The notes: generated by a model from the letters alone, not told the origin. A stretch of DNA of 64,000 bases from Candidatus Cloacimonadales bacterium (GCA_963667035.1 OY762964.1:2848001-2912000); one strand, 5' to 3'; shown: positions 10,290-22,495, numbered from the stretch's first letter. Translations and numbers: made by a program.

Positions 10290-10841
10290 TTATAGTAACA
10301 ATCTTAATGTTTCAAGTGAGTTCTTTGGGTACTTCTCATCAAGGACATAGTGGTTTATTTTAAAATCAGCTTGATTTAGAAGTTTTTCTAATTCCTGTAC
10401 AAATATACCCTTTCCAGGTATTTTAGTTGATTCTTCAAGTAGTTTTGCGTAACCATCGGCACTATTCACACCTTTCCAGTTCTCTCCCTTTGTTACTTTG
10501 GTTAGTCCACAGCTTGGACTTCCCTCTACAAAGATAATCCCTTCGATATGATATCCGTTATCACTATAGTCTTGAATCTGATGCAAAATCGGTTTAAAAA
10601 GCTTTTGGCAATGCTCCCTGAATGCAGGGAAGTCGAACTGATCCCTCACATGAGCCCATCTGCTTATTCCGAAATAGGTCATTTCAGGGCATGGCAGCTG
10701 AATGATTCCATAATCCTTTTCAACCAGTATCTGTAAAAGCTCTTTATGAACTCCGGGGAAGGGATTTATCCCTTCCACTTTAGAGTTAACATTTAAAAGA
10801 CAATGTGATATAAGTATTATCTTACGAGCTCTGTCCGACAT
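10290..10841 (-). CDS. DUF523/CD3072-like (TudS-related) Fe-S protein
   Basis: SHCLLNVNSKV, QLPCPE, GSPSCG motifs. Confidence 0.8.
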   Translation of the reverse strand: MSDRARKIILISHCLLNVNSKVEGINPFPGVHKELLQILVEKDYGIIQLPCPEMTYFGISRWAHVRDQFDFPAFREHCQKLFKPILHQIQDYSDNGYHIEGIIFVEGSPSCGLTKVTKGENWKGVNSADGYAKLLEESTKIPGKGIFVQELEKLLNQADFKINHYVLDEKYPKNSLETLRLLL

Positions 10842-12884
10842 TTACAGTTCTTCTCCATCAAGAGGTTTATTGAATTCTTCGGTTCCGGGAACAACAAATC
10901 TACCGTCTCTGATGATATCCAGTTTCTCTCCTGTTGGTGTAATAGCAGTAATGAATCCCAATTCTTCATAAGGAAGAGTAATATCGGTATGAACTCCTGT
11001 ATATGCTTGTTGAGGGTCTTCTTTACGCTTAGCGGACATTTCATTATCTCTGGCAGTAACTTCTTTCTTATCAATTGGATTATATGTTGGGAAATCTTCT
11101 TCCCAACTGAAACAAGTATCACCAATCGCAAAATGAGGTCCCATTTTCTCAATAATGAGCACCGGAAGCACATCAAGAATGTCAAACTTCTTCGCCATTA
11201 CGTGGGCTAAAGTATTTGTGCCAATAGCAAACTCACCGATAGGGAGAGTTTTATGTGGGAAGAGTAGATTCTCTTCTATATATTTCTTATTCTTAGTTTC
11301 ATCTTCATTATTGGTACAAGTGTAATCCGCAACAAATCCGTCTTTAAAAGTAAGCTTCAGGTTTTCAAACTTTAGTCCGTTAAGGAAGGTTTCTTTTATA
11401 TGCAAGACACCGTCGGTACCTGTAAGTTTAGGGGATGTAAACACTTCACCAACCGGTATATTCACATCTGCACCACAATTCACAAAGTTAGAATGCTTGG
11501 ATGGATCTTCCAAGTTCTGCATCATAACCATAATATCGGTTTCATTCCCGTCAGTACCTTTAACATGAACTTTCTCAGCTAAGTCAAGTCTATCAATAAT
11601 CTTTTGTTGAATGCTTTCCCATTTCTCTGTATCGAGCATATTAACTTCAGCAGTTGCTTCATATATCTCCTCGAATCTGTCACCAATTTCAGGGGTTGGA
11701 AATCCAATAATACAGAAACTGGTTTCTTTACGTGGAATGTATTTCTGCATAATCTGACTTGATTTTACTCTACTTGTTTGGCTAAGCTTGGTTTGTTCCG
11801 GAGTAAACTTGAGACATTCAGGTTTCTGTTCAGGTTTGAAAGGCTTCTCTCCAAAGTTATCAAAGTATACAGGTCCTGCATATAGAGATAAAATTTCTGC
11901 ATTAGCTTCAGATCTTATTGCATAACGCTCAATTGATTTATTAACGAATTCCTCGTTATAGAAGAATGCTGAGCTGAATCTATGATCATAATTGAATTGT
12001 TTATTTGCAGTAGTTGAGGACACTCTTGAGAAGAATGGCTTCAAATCATATTTTTTAAGACATTTTAATACAGCCTTTGCGAGTCTTTCTTGTCCTATGC
12101 TATAAATCAGATTATAGGTTTTCTTCTTGGATAAGTCTTTGTTAGAAAGAGTGAATCCTCGAATAAAACCTTTTGCTGTGCATTCTGCTAGTCTTTGGAG
12201 TTTATCTTCCGGATAACTACGCATAAAATCAGCTATCTTTACTTCATTTTCAGAAATGTAATTACCATACTGATAAAGGTATCTGTTATCGGAGAAATCT
12301 GCGTTGTTAATAATCTTATAATTCTTTCCATATTCAGGAGTCCACATAGCTTTATGGCTTATGATATCAAGTTCTTCATCAAAGATGTCTATTGTTGCAA
12401 CGATATGATTTTTAATACTATCATAATCTTCTTTTCCGCTTCTAATAAGCTCATCAAGTCCAACAAGGTTCTTCATCCATTTAAGGTTAAGGAAGCATTT
12501 ATTAGAGAAGATATAGCTTTTAAAGCCAAAGAAAATGTTGTAGTAGAATGAGAGCATTTGTCCCATTCCATCGCCAAATTCAGAAACTGCATAAGTTGGA
12601 TTCAATATACTGTAGTTATAGTTATCTCCCAATATCTCAGAGAAAATAGTTTCATTGGTTTTTTGAAGTTGTTCAAGAGTATATTTCTTGTAATACTCAT
12701 CATCAAATTTTAACTCAAGTTCCCTTGCAGCTATGGCTTTAACTGCACATTTGTTAACAAACTGGAGGAGCTTATTATCCGTCTTTTCGTTTTTAATAAT
12801 GATGTTTTGTATTTGTTCCCAAGTTTGGGTATACTCGTTTAATGTTTCTTGTCTTTTCTTATCAAAGATTTCCTGTAGTTGCAT
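10842..12884 (-). CDS. M29-family (thermophilic metalloprotease) aminopeptidase
   Basis: NIPVGEVFTSP, IGEFAIGTN, EKMGPHFAIG, HTDI; GGAG SD before ATG 12884. Confidence 0.88.
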   Translation of the reverse strand: MQLQEIFDKKRQETLNEYTQTWEQIQNIIIKNEKTDNKLLQFVNKCAVKAIAARELELKFDDEYYKKYTLEQLQKTNETIFSEILGDNYNYSILNPTYAVSEFGDGMGQMLSFYYNIFFGFKSYIFSNKCFLNLKWMKNLVGLDELIRSGKEDYDSIKNHIVATIDIFDEELDIISHKAMWTPEYGKNYKIINNADFSDNRYLYQYGNYISENEVKIADFMRSYPEDKLQRLAECTAKGFIRGFTLSNKDLSKKKTYNLIYSIGQERLAKAVLKCLKKYDLKPFFSRVSSTTANKQFNYDHRFSSAFFYNEEFVNKSIERYAIRSEANAEILSLYAGPVYFDNFGEKPFKPEQKPECLKFTPEQTKLSQTSRVKSSQIMQKYIPRKETSFCIIGFPTPEIGDRFEEIYEATAEVNMLDTEKWESIQQKIIDRLDLAEKVHVKGTDGNETDIMVMMQNLEDPSKHSNFVNCGADVNIPVGEVFTSPKLTGTDGVLHIKETFLNGLKFENLKLTFKDGFVADYTCTNNEDETKNKKYIEENLLFPHKTLPIGEFAIGTNTLAHVMAKKFDILDVLPVLIIEKMGPHFAIGDTCFSWEEDFPTYNPIDKKEVTARDNEMSAKRKEDPQQAYTGVHTDITLPYEELGFITAITPTGEKLDIIRDGRFVVPGTEEFNKPLDGEEL

Positions 12885-13030
12885 ATAAAACTCCAATTAG
12901 TAGTATTTTTCTACTCCCATTCAATCATATAGTTCTAGCTGTAAAGCTTTTTTATTAATTAGTGCAACATTATGCTACAAAATAACATTCCATTGCTTAT
13001 GATGTGTGTATATTCGTATATTTGATAAAT

Positions 13031-13058
13031 AAAAGGCTGATGATATAATCATCAGCCT
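13031..13058 (-). terminator. Intrinsic terminator of the porX-like gene
   Basis: AGGCTGATGAT-ATA-ATCATCAGCCT with a T-tract on the minus strand. Confidence 0.75.
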
Positions 13059-13077
13059 CCAGTAAACAATTTACACT

Positions 13078-14634
13078 TTAATCTTTTGGAGTCAGAATAG
13101 CAACGGGTAATATCATTTCCTCCATAGAGATTCCTCCATGTTGGAATGTTCCGTTGAATTGATTCTGATAGAAGTGAAAGGAATTAGGATATACAAAGAA
13201 GTAATCATCTTTTGCAAAAGAGAAATTATCCACAATGCTTCTTTCAGGTAAACCAAGATCACTTGGATTCTTTATGAAATAGGCATGTTTAGGATTAGCA
13301 GTTAAATTCTTACCCTCTTTGTACCTTAATGTTACCGAGGTTCTCTTATCTCCATAGATTTGAGTAGCCCTATTAACTTTAATTGAGCCGTGATCTGTAG
13401 TTATAATCACATTGGCTTTTTGCTGACTCATGAGTTTCAAGGCTTCATAGAGGGATGAATGCTGGAACCAGTGTTTTGTAAAGGCCCTCAAAGCTTCTTC
13501 ATCCGGAATAGTCTCTTGAAGGATAGTATCTTTAGACCTGTGATGAGCAACAAGATCCAGAAAATTATACACAAGGACAACCAGTTTTTCTTTATTCCAA
13601 GTGTTTATTTTTCTGAGAACATAATTCCCTTCTTCCATGTTGAATATCTTAACATATTTGGTTGAAGGAGAGACTGAATTCCCCAAATCTTTCAGAAGTT
13701 CATCAAGTAACTGGTGTTCATTTCTATTCCTACTGTTGTCAGATTCATTATCTTCAGCCCAATAATCAGGGAATCTATTAGCAATATCTTCAGGTAGAAG
13801 ACCGCTAAATATAGAGTTTCTTGAGTAAGGGGTAGCAGTGGGCAGTATACTGAAATACTTCTTCTCATCAACATTAAATAATTTTGAAATGTATGGTTCC
13901 ATAACCTTGTATTGATCCAATCTCATACAATCAAGAATAATAAAATAAGTAGGACGATTAGAATCTAAAAACGGAACAACATATTCACTTATAATATCAA
14001 AGGAAAGGTTCGGTCTATCATCAGATTGTAACCATCTTTTATAGTTATATTCAACGAAGTTACAGAATTCGGAGTTGCAATTTCTTTTTTCAAGAAAGTG
14101 TGTTTGCTTAAGAACTTGATCGTTAACGGTATCGAGTTTCATATCCCAATCAACAAATTGGTCATAAATATCATACCATTCTTCATAGGTTGGAGACATA
14201 TTAATTCTACCATTAATCTGAGCTATGAACCTGGCATAGTCTTCCCCAATCTTGTTTTGGCGAATTTCATCAGATTGAAAGATTTTCTTTATTGCCATGA
14301 TAATTTGATTAGGATTGATAGGTTTTATAAGATAATCGGCTATTTGACTTGCAATAGCCTTATCCATTAAGCCTTCTTCTTCACTTTTAGTAACCATTAT
14401 AATCGGTAAATTGGCATTTATATTCTTAATTTCTTTAAGAGTTGTTAAACCATCAAGTCCCGGCATCATTTCATCGAGTATTACCAGATCGAATCTATCT
14501 TTTAAAACTAAGTCAATAGCATCGGAACCGTTTGAAGCGGTTATGGTTTCAAATCCCTTTTTCTCTAAGAAAAGAACAAAAGGTCTTAGGAATTGAACTT
14601 CATCATCTACCCATAGGATTCGCATTTTTCGCAT
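13078..14634 (-). CDS. porX: PorX-like response regulator (REC + PglZ/alkaline-phosphatase domain)
   Basis: ILWVDDE, LDEMMPGLDG, VTKSEEE, DYLIKPINPNQI, SILPTATPYSRNSIFSG, TTDHG, FQHGGISMEEM. Confidence 0.88.
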   Translation of the reverse strand: MRKMRILWVDDEVQFLRPFVLFLEKKGFETITASNGSDAIDLVLKDRFDLVILDEMMPGLDGLTTLKEIKNINANLPIIMVTKSEEEGLMDKAIASQIADYLIKPINPNQIIMAIKKIFQSDEIRQNKIGEDYARFIAQINGRINMSPTYEEWYDIYDQFVDWDMKLDTVNDQVLKQTHFLEKRNCNSEFCNFVEYNYKRWLQSDDRPNLSFDIISEYVVPFLDSNRPTYFIILDCMRLDQYKVMEPYISKLFNVDEKKYFSILPTATPYSRNSIFSGLLPEDIANRFPDYWAEDNESDNSRNRNEHQLLDELLKDLGNSVSPSTKYVKIFNMEEGNYVLRKINTWNKEKLVVLVYNFLDLVAHHRSKDTILQETIPDEEALRAFTKHWFQHSSLYEALKLMSQQKANVIITTDHGSIKVNRATQIYGDKRTSVTLRYKEGKNLTANPKHAYFIKNPSDLGLPERSIVDNFSFAKDDYFFVYPNSFHFYQNQFNGTFQHGGISMEEMILPVAILTPKD

Positions 14635-14752
14635 TTACACCTACCTTTAACATTTAGTAACTATACTTTTCAAGTGAGATAAGACATTTTTTAATGTCTT
14701 TTATAATTAGCACTTGATATTAATAAAGGTAAAATCTTTTTCACAGCTCAAA

Positions 14753-15379
14753 TTATACGGGTTGACCTCCTTCAGAAGCTTCATCTTCAAAACGACGTTG
14801 ACGCTCTTTGACAAGTAGTTTGATCTCATCTAAATCTGCATCCTGGAAATACAGAGCAAGTTTAAAATCCAGTTCTTTTCTTGAGCAATTGAAGAATGTG
14901 ACCATATTCTCAAGATATTGTTCAATCAACAGGTCTTTAAAAGAGCGTTTATTTTCTTTCTCATTTTGTCTAATCTCTTTAATCTTCTCTTTTAAATCGG
15001 CTGTATTCATTGCTTTTGCAGTTTCAATCCATTCTTCCTGCTCAGCATAATTCTCTGCTTTATCAACAAAGGTCTTAACCATGTTCATTCTATCATGTCC
15101 GATTTCTTTAACTGTTTCTTCGTCAATATCAAGCTCTTCCACGAATAACTCGTAATTGTTTATAAGCTTTGTTGCAACAGTTGAGGACATGTTATATTCA
15201 CTCTCAATGAATTCTTTGAAGGTCTTGTAGCCTTTAATTTTAAAACTGCCTTTTCTTTTAACATCGGAGAGAATCTGACCAAGCATCAGATAGTTCTCTT
15301 CCAATGATTTTTTTAGATTATGGATTGAATCGAATTTTTCTTGCGGAGTCATCTCCATTGAAATCTCTTTGTTTTCCAT
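14753..15379 (-). CDS. Hypothetical helical protein with a DUF3102/plasmid-partition-like signature
   Basis: LGQILSDVK...GYKTFKEFIESEY...YELF; translationally coupled to panB. Confidence 0.6.
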   Translation of the reverse strand: MENKEISMEMTPQEKFDSIHNLKKSLEENYLMLGQILSDVKRKGSFKIKGYKTFKEFIESEYNMSSTVATKLINNYELFVEELDIDEETVKEIGHDRMNMVKTFVDKAENYAEQEEWIETAKAMNTADLKEKIKEIRQNEKENKRSFKDLLIEQYLENMVTFFNCSRKELDFKLALYFQDADLDEIKLLVKERQRRFEDEASEGGQPV

Positions 15380-16192
15380 TTAAACCTCTTTATCTACTGG
15401 AAAGTAAACATGCTTTTGTTCCGGGAAACTATTACTCTTTACTTCCTTGTTGTATTCAGTGATTGCCGATTTTATTTCAATGCCTAAATCAGCGTACTTT
15501 TTTAAAAACTTTGGTGTCAAATCTGTCAACCCGAGAATATCATGATACACCAATATTTGTCCGTCAGTGTATCTTCCAGCTCCTATTCCTATAGTGGGAA
15601 TCGTCAGTTTTTCTGTAATTTCTTTACCTAACTTTTCCGGTATTCCTTCAAGGACAAGCATGAAAGCACCTGCTTTCTCAACCTCAATTGCCTGATTAAT
15701 CATTTCATCGTAATCAGCTTGGTTTTTACCTTGAACTTTATATCCGCCGAATTTATTAACCGATTGAGGGGTGAGTCCCAAATGTGCTACAACAGGTATC
15801 TCACAATCGACAATTGCTTTGATTGCTTCAAGGCGTGATTCAGTTCCGCCTTCCAGTTTAACAGCATTAGCACCTGCTTCTATAATCAGTCTAAAGGCAT
15901 TCTCTTTAGTTTTTTGATTGGAAATATGATAGCTTTTATAGGGCATGTCTGCTACTATAAATGTATTTTTTGTGCTTCTTTTTACTGCTTTGGTATGGTG
16001 TAAGATATCCTCAATTGTAACTTGTATGGTTGAGTCATATCCCAAGACTACCATTCCAAGACTATCTCCAACAAGGATAAAATCAACTTCTGCTTCTTCG
16101 GCAAGTTTTGCCGAGGAATAATCATAAGCGGTTAATGATGATATTAACTGCCTTTTTTCTTTCATTTTAGGAAAGTCTTTAACTGTTAACAT
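15380..16192 (-). CDS. panB: 3-methyl-2-oxobutanoate hydroxymethyltransferase
   Basis: LTAYDY, LVGDSLGMV, VKLEGG, HLGLTPQS, PTIGIGAG, DGQILVYHD. Confidence 0.97.
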   Translation of the reverse strand: MLTVKDFPKMKEKRQLISSLTAYDYSSAKLAEEAEVDFILVGDSLGMVVLGYDSTIQVTIEDILHHTKAVKRSTKNTFIVADMPYKSYHISNQKTKENAFRLIIEAGANAVKLEGGTESRLEAIKAIVDCEIPVVAHLGLTPQSVNKFGGYKVQGKNQADYDEMINQAIEVEKAGAFMLVLEGIPEKLGKEITEKLTIPTIGIGAGRYTDGQILVYHDILGLTDLTPKFLKKYADLGIEIKSAITEYNKEVKSNSFPEQKHVYFPVDKEV

Positions 16193-16669
16193 TTATTTAC
16201 CTTTTACCTCATTGTCCGGTTCTGCATCAAGCTCAGCATCTTCAATATCACTTTCTTCACGACTATCATCATTGCTTAATTGAGTGTCGTAATTGAGCTT
16301 GCCATCCTTGAACATTAGGTTATAAATATATACTCCATTCTCATACCATGCTGAGTAATTACCATTAAGCTTACCCAGTTTATAATTTGCAGAAAGCAGT
16401 TTTTCTCCACTTTCATACCATTCAAATGTCGGACCGTTTAACATGCCTTTTTTGTAAGAAACCACAGACTTAAGTTTGTCATTTTTATATCTTTCGTATG
16501 AAATCCCGGTAAATGGATTAGCATTGAGAAAAACTCTTCCATCGATCATATTCAATGTCTCTGTTTTTATTGCTTCATCAGGTAACTCATAAACATCAAT
16601 GGGTAAATCTTCAGCAATAATCTTAACCGTCACTAACAAAACCAGCAATATTAAACAATGTTTTAACAT
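16193..16669 (-). CDS. Exported MORN-variant repeat protein (YwqK-like)
   Basis: Signal peptide; repeats YKKGMLNGPTFEWYESG / YKLGKLNGNYSAWYENG; SD GGGGAGG. Confidence 0.7.
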   Translation of the reverse strand: MLKHCLILLVLLVTVKIIAEDLPIDVYELPDEAIKTETLNMIDGRVFLNANPFTGISYERYKNDKLKSVVSYKKGMLNGPTFEWYESGEKLLSANYKLGKLNGNYSAWYENGVYIYNLMFKDGKLNYDTQLSNDDSREESDIEDAELDAEPDNEVKGK

Positions 16670-16735
16670 GGTTCCTCCCCGATTAATCGAATAATCAAGA
16701 TAAATCCTTATGCTGTAAATAATAATCCGATATAA

Positions 16736-17857
<1,122 letters not shown>

Positions 17858-19195
17858 TTACTCCTTTATCTCCATAGGGGTTACACTCTGACTTGAATCT
17901 GATTTTATGGACATGTTACGTTTAAAAATCTGACTAAAATCACTGTAGAAAGCAAACACCATTAACGATAACAGCAAGATTAATCCCATTTGTTGGAGGA
18001 ACATTTGTACTTTCACTGATAATGGACTTCCTGTCAGACCTTCTATTAAATAGAAAAAGAACTGACCGCCATCAAGTATCGGAATCGGTAAAAGGTTCAT
18101 GACCATTAAAATGAGACTTAATGCAGCCACAAATCCTACCAGACTATCTATTCCCTTACTGGTAGATCTTTGGGCAAGAGAGTACATCATAACAGGACCG
18201 CCTACACTGGATTTAATTGTTTGCGGATTTTTTATCAGATAATACATTCCGGTATAGTTAGCTGCTATGAAATTCACTGTCATATTTCCTGCATTTTTGA
18301 TACATACCAATGGGGTATATCTTTCTTTATACTTTACCGGCATAAACTGAGTTATACCAATCATTTTTTGTCCGTTCGAGAGGGCATTCTCTTCAAGATT
18401 TATTGTTTTCAGAAGTAACACGCTATCTCTTTTTACCTTAAAGTTTAGAAATGATTTGTCACTATTAACAATCGCAAGTCTCATCTCAGCCCAATTGTTA
18501 ACTTTCTTACTATCAACTTCAAGTATCTCGTCTCCGGTTTTTAAACCTGCCCTAAATGCCGGCATACCCGGAGAAACTTCTCCAACTTTAGGAGGTATGG
18601 AAGGACGAAGGAAGGTAACCCATTTTTCCGATGAGATAGGTTCTGTATCAATATTTAGTTTTTTACCGTTTCTCTCTAAAGTAAAATGGTTAGGCTTATC
18701 ATCATTAAGAAACTCCAAAACCTGGTTAAATCCATTAATACTATGATTGTTAACCGAAATGATTTCATCACCGTTCTTGAAGTATGATGAATAGAGGGAA
18801 TCAGCTTCTGATATAACGGGATAGTGGTCCTCATAATACTTACCCATACCAAACATTAAGACAAATAGTAAAAATCCAAAGATAAGGTTAAAAAAGGGAC
18901 CGCCTAAGGTAATTAAAGCTCTTTTCCACCAAGCTTTTTCAGAGAAAGAATCTTGATCTGCTTTTTTCTCGTCAGCATTCTCTCCTTTCATTTTTACATA
19001 TCCACCCAAGGGTAAAAGAGAGATTCTGTATTCAGTTGTTTTAGTCTTATAAGCAAATATTTTAGGCCCGAAGCCTATGGAGAACTTTTCAACATATACC
19101 CCAAACAGTTTTGCAACTATTAAATGACCGAATTCATGTACTGTTACCAATACTCCTAATGATATTCCGAAAATAAGTAAGTTTATGATAGTCAA
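17858..19195 (-). CDS. rseP: RIP metalloprotease RseP (M50, PDZ)
   Basis: HEFGH, FSIGFGP, GGYVKM, NLLPIPILDGG. Confidence 0.95.
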   Translation of the reverse strand: MTIINLLIFGISLGVLVTVHEFGHLIVAKLFGVYVEKFSIGFGPKIFAYKTKTTEYRISLLPLGGYVKMKGENADEKKADQDSFSEKAWWKRALITLGGPFFNLIFGFLLFVLMFGMGKYYEDHYPVISEADSLYSSYFKNGDEIISVNNHSINGFNQVLEFLNDDKPNHFTLERNGKKLNIDTEPISSEKWVTFLRPSIPPKVGEVSPGMPAFRAGLKTGDEILEVDSKKVNNWAEMRLAIVNSDKSFLNFKVKRDSVLLLKTINLEENALSNGQKMIGITQFMPVKYKERYTPLVCIKNAGNMTVNFIAANYTGMYYLIKNPQTIKSSVGGPVMMYSLAQRSTSKGIDSLVGFVAALSLILMVMNLLPIPILDGGQFFFYLIEGLTGSPLSVKVQMFLQQMGLILLLSLMVFAFYSDFSQIFKRNMSIKSDSSQSVTPMEIKE

Positions 19196-19652
19196 TTATT
19201 CACCTTTTGATTTATTATTCTTTCACTAATTTAAAAACTTATGAGTGGGTCAATCAAAAAAGATTATGATACCCTGTTTTAAATATGACACATTATGGGA
19301 TAGAGTCCTTCACTCGAAAATATAATTACAGGATAATTGATAGTTACCTAACATATCGCTTCGCATTTCTAATTTTTTATGATATAACATCTATTGGATT
19401 AGTCTTTTGCTCTAAGATTTAGGTTAGGTCAACCCTTAATAATACAATGCAAAATATCTCAATAGTAATAATCTGTATATTTAAATCTTCAATTGCACTT
19501 ATTGTGTTCCTTTTTAATACTCATGAAACTGGCGGGATAATTTAGACAAAAAGGAAGTAAACAATCTTCGGTAGTTTCCAGAACGAATCCATAGCAATTC
19601 ATGTGAGTTGTAAGTTGAAAATGAGAGATAGTCCCTTATAATTGTAAATTGA

Positions 19653-22367
19653 TTAAATTTTAGGAAGATTAATCGTAAAAGTTGAGCCTTCCCCCACTGT
19701 GCTTTTAAGACTTATTGTACCACCATTCTTCTCAATAAAATCGTGAGATAATATCAATCCTAAACCTGAGTTTGAGTTATCTTTGGAACTTGATTTTATA
19801 GTGTCCTTTAACTGAAAAATTGATGATAATCGCGATTTGGGAATTCCGATACCTGAATCAGTGATAACAATACAAACATTATCATTGTGATAATAAGCAG
19901 ATACAATTATTGAGCCTTTAGAAGGTGTGAACTTTATGGCATTATTCAATAGATTTCTCAAAACCGTTTCTATTGAATGATAATCAAAGTAACCTATGAG
20001 ATTAGGTTCAATATTTGTTGCAATTTCGATTGATTTCCTTTGAGCAATACTGTAATATACTTTGAGAGTGTTTGCGATAAGCTTTTTAATCTCTACTTTA
20101 GTAGGATTGATAATGATACCGTCTCTCTGACTCCTAGACCACAATAACAGGTTTTCAAGAAGATTGAAAGTCTCACTGGCTTCCAAATGGAGTTCTCTGA
20201 TAAAATCAGATTTCTCTTCTTCCGTGAGAGAGTCCTCATTGTTGCTTATGAATTCCAGTACTGACTTAATGTTGCCTAGCGGAGCTCTCAAATCATGAGC
20301 AATTATTGAGAAGAATTGATCCTTTGTTCTATTTGCTAGTTTCAATTCTGTCTCCGATCTCTCCAACATTCTCTGAGTATTCATCTTATCTGTTACATCT
20401 ACAGTATAAATTGTAATCCCCTCAACTTGATTGCTATCACCGTAAATGGGACAATAGAAGTATTCTAATATCTCATGTCTTGACTCGAAATTATATTCTC
20501 TAATCCCTTTATGTATCTCACCTTTTAAAGCATTTTCTAAAATCTTTCTGTGAACATCTTTATCTTCTGCATCCGTATAGTTATCTAGGTAATAGCGTCC
20601 GGTCTTAATCTCTATACCCCGATGTCTTAGAACTGCCTGATAATAGTTTTTATTAAAAGAGGTATATCTAAAGTTTCTATCTAGTGAAGCAATATATATT
20701 TTATAAGGACTGTTCATTACTGATTTCAATAAACTGTTTAGTTGAGAGATAGAGTCCTCGTATTGTTTTGCTTCAGTGATATCAGAGAATACGCAGATAA
20801 AGCTATCCGGATTATTGAACTCATCGTGAAGCATGGAAATTGAGATATCTCCCCAAACAACTTTGTTTTGCTTGGAAATCATCCTATATACCTTTCTTAT
20901 GTATCTGGCATCAGTCTTAGTTAGCTCTGCAAAAATCTCATCAAGAACAACTCGTGACTTTCTGTTTGAGAAAACTTTTTGTTTAAATTTCTTGAGGTCA
21001 TGAAGTTCAAAACCTAATAACTCCTTAAGATATGTGTTGATAAACAACGGTTCCCATTTCACAGAAAAGACTGCTATACCTACAGCTGCATGATGGAAAA
21101 CAGCTGATAGCTGTTCTTCGGATTTGTGTAGAGATTTAATGAGCTCCTTCTTCTCTGTAAGGTCAATAAATGAACCTAGTATGCCTGCAATTTCCCCGTT
21201 GTTATCAAAGAATACATTTTTAAAGAACATTACATTAATAATCTTTCCTTCGTGATTATACAAGGAAGTTTCATATACTTGTAAAGTTCTCTCTTTAAGT
21301 AATTTTTTATCCATTTCCAGATACAGTTCTGTCTGACTCATAGAAGAGGATACTCCAACTTTTTTACCAATAAAATCTTCCCTAGTTCTCCCAAAAGTCT
21401 TTGCAAAGGCATCATTACATTCAAGATAAATTTCGTCATTGTTTATAACAAAGAAAGGAATTGGGATTGTATAAATAATCGTATTCAAGAAAGTATTCTT
21501 ATCCTCCAGGGAAGTTTGAAGCTCCATCAAGTGTTGGTTCTTAATTTCCAATTCATGTTTTTGTTTCTTAAGAATTTCCAATTCTTGCTTCTTGAGGAAA
21601 AACTCAGACTGAAAATCTCCCATTATCCGTTTTTGTTGCTCTTTGAAATCACTAAACTTAATATAGTATTCCAATGCTTTCTGAAAATCACCTTTCAAGC
21701 GATAGTAGTTATATGTATTTCTATAATGCAATTTCAACATATTAAGGTCGGCACATCTGTTGATATTCTCTTTATTATCTTCAATCCAGATATTAGCCTC
21801 TTTGAGCATTCCTGTCATAATGAAGCTATCCGCTAAATTAACCTTCATCAGACATATCATCATTCTATCTTGTTTGTTCAAAGTTGAATTTAAAACTTTC
21901 TCATAGATTCTGATTGCCTTGTCATGTCTTCCGATGTTTCTATATATCTCACAGATATTATTGTATATTACTAACTGACCTTGCCTGTTCCCAATAGTTT
22001 CCTGTATCTCTAATACTTTCTCAAGTTGTTCAATTGCTTTGTAGCTTTCTCCCCTACTATTGTAATATAGAGAAATATTGTTTAGGATATTGCATTGCTC
22101 ATTAAGATCTCCAACTTTAGTGAAATTATTCAAAGCCTTTGTAAAATATTTATAAGCTTTATCATATTGCTTAATTGAGAAGAAAATAATTCCTCTGAAT
22201 TTATCAATATAGGCTTTTGCAAGGAGATCTTCGTTGAATCCTTCCAAATTTATAATATCTTGAATTAGATTAAGTGCCTCAGCAGGAGACTTTTGGACAA
22301 TTCTTCCTAATTTATGAATCGCCTCTTCCAGTTGAGGAGTCGAAATCTTAAAACAATTTTGTTGCAT
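19653..22367 (-). CDS. Cytoplasmic TPR + multi-PAS sensor histidine kinase
   Basis: N-terminal TPRs, three PAS-like segments, H-box IIAHDLRAPL, NLLNNAIKFT, DSGIGI, GLGL, GEGSTF. Confidence 0.9.
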   Translation of the reverse strand: MQQNCFKISTPQLEEAIHKLGRIVQKSPAEALNLIQDIINLEGFNEDLLAKAYIDKFRGIIFFSIKQYDKAYKYFTKALNNFTKVGDLNEQCNILNNISLYYNSRGESYKAIEQLEKVLEIQETIGNRQGQLVIYNNICEIYRNIGRHDKAIRIYEKVLNSTLNKQDRMMICLMKVNLADSFIMTGMLKEANIWIEDNKENINRCADLNMLKLHYRNTYNYYRLKGDFQKALEYYIKFSDFKEQQKRIMGDFQSEFFLKKQELEILKKQKHELEIKNQHLMELQTSLEDKNTFLNTIIYTIPIPFFVINNDEIYLECNDAFAKTFGRTREDFIGKKVGVSSSMSQTELYLEMDKKLLKERTLQVYETSLYNHEGKIINVMFFKNVFFDNNGEIAGILGSFIDLTEKKELIKSLHKSEEQLSAVFHHAAVGIAVFSVKWEPLFINTYLKELLGFELHDLKKFKQKVFSNRKSRVVLDEIFAELTKTDARYIRKVYRMISKQNKVVWGDISISMLHDEFNNPDSFICVFSDITEAKQYEDSISQLNSLLKSVMNSPYKIYIASLDRNFRYTSFNKNYYQAVLRHRGIEIKTGRYYLDNYTDAEDKDVHRKILENALKGEIHKGIREYNFESRHEILEYFYCPIYGDSNQVEGITIYTVDVTDKMNTQRMLERSETELKLANRTKDQFFSIIAHDLRAPLGNIKSVLEFISNNEDSLTEEEKSDFIRELHLEASETFNLLENLLLWSRSQRDGIIINPTKVEIKKLIANTLKVYYSIAQRKSIEIATNIEPNLIGYFDYHSIETVLRNLLNNAIKFTPSKGSIIVSAYYHNDNVCIVITDSGIGIPKSRLSSIFQLKDTIKSSSKDNSNSGLGLILSHDFIEKNGGTISLKSTVGEGSTFTINLPKI

Positions 22368-22495
22368 GTTACAATATCCTAATAATGGTTTAATAGTAGG
22401 TTATCAAATAACTCAGCTGTTATGTCAATATAAAAATGCACTTGACAACAGCTACCACATATATATAAAAAACTAAATATTCATCAGGGGGAATT

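Noticed and set aside
10290..10841. Further selenoproteins (DUF523 protein, YedF, DUF3343)
   Set aside because: All motif positions are Cys codons and the ORFs are complete without UGA readthrough.
19196..19652. 457-bp intergenic region as an sRNA or small gene
   Set aside because: No convincing hairpins, repeats or SD-led ORF; a GG...GC pair has the wrong spacing for sigma54.
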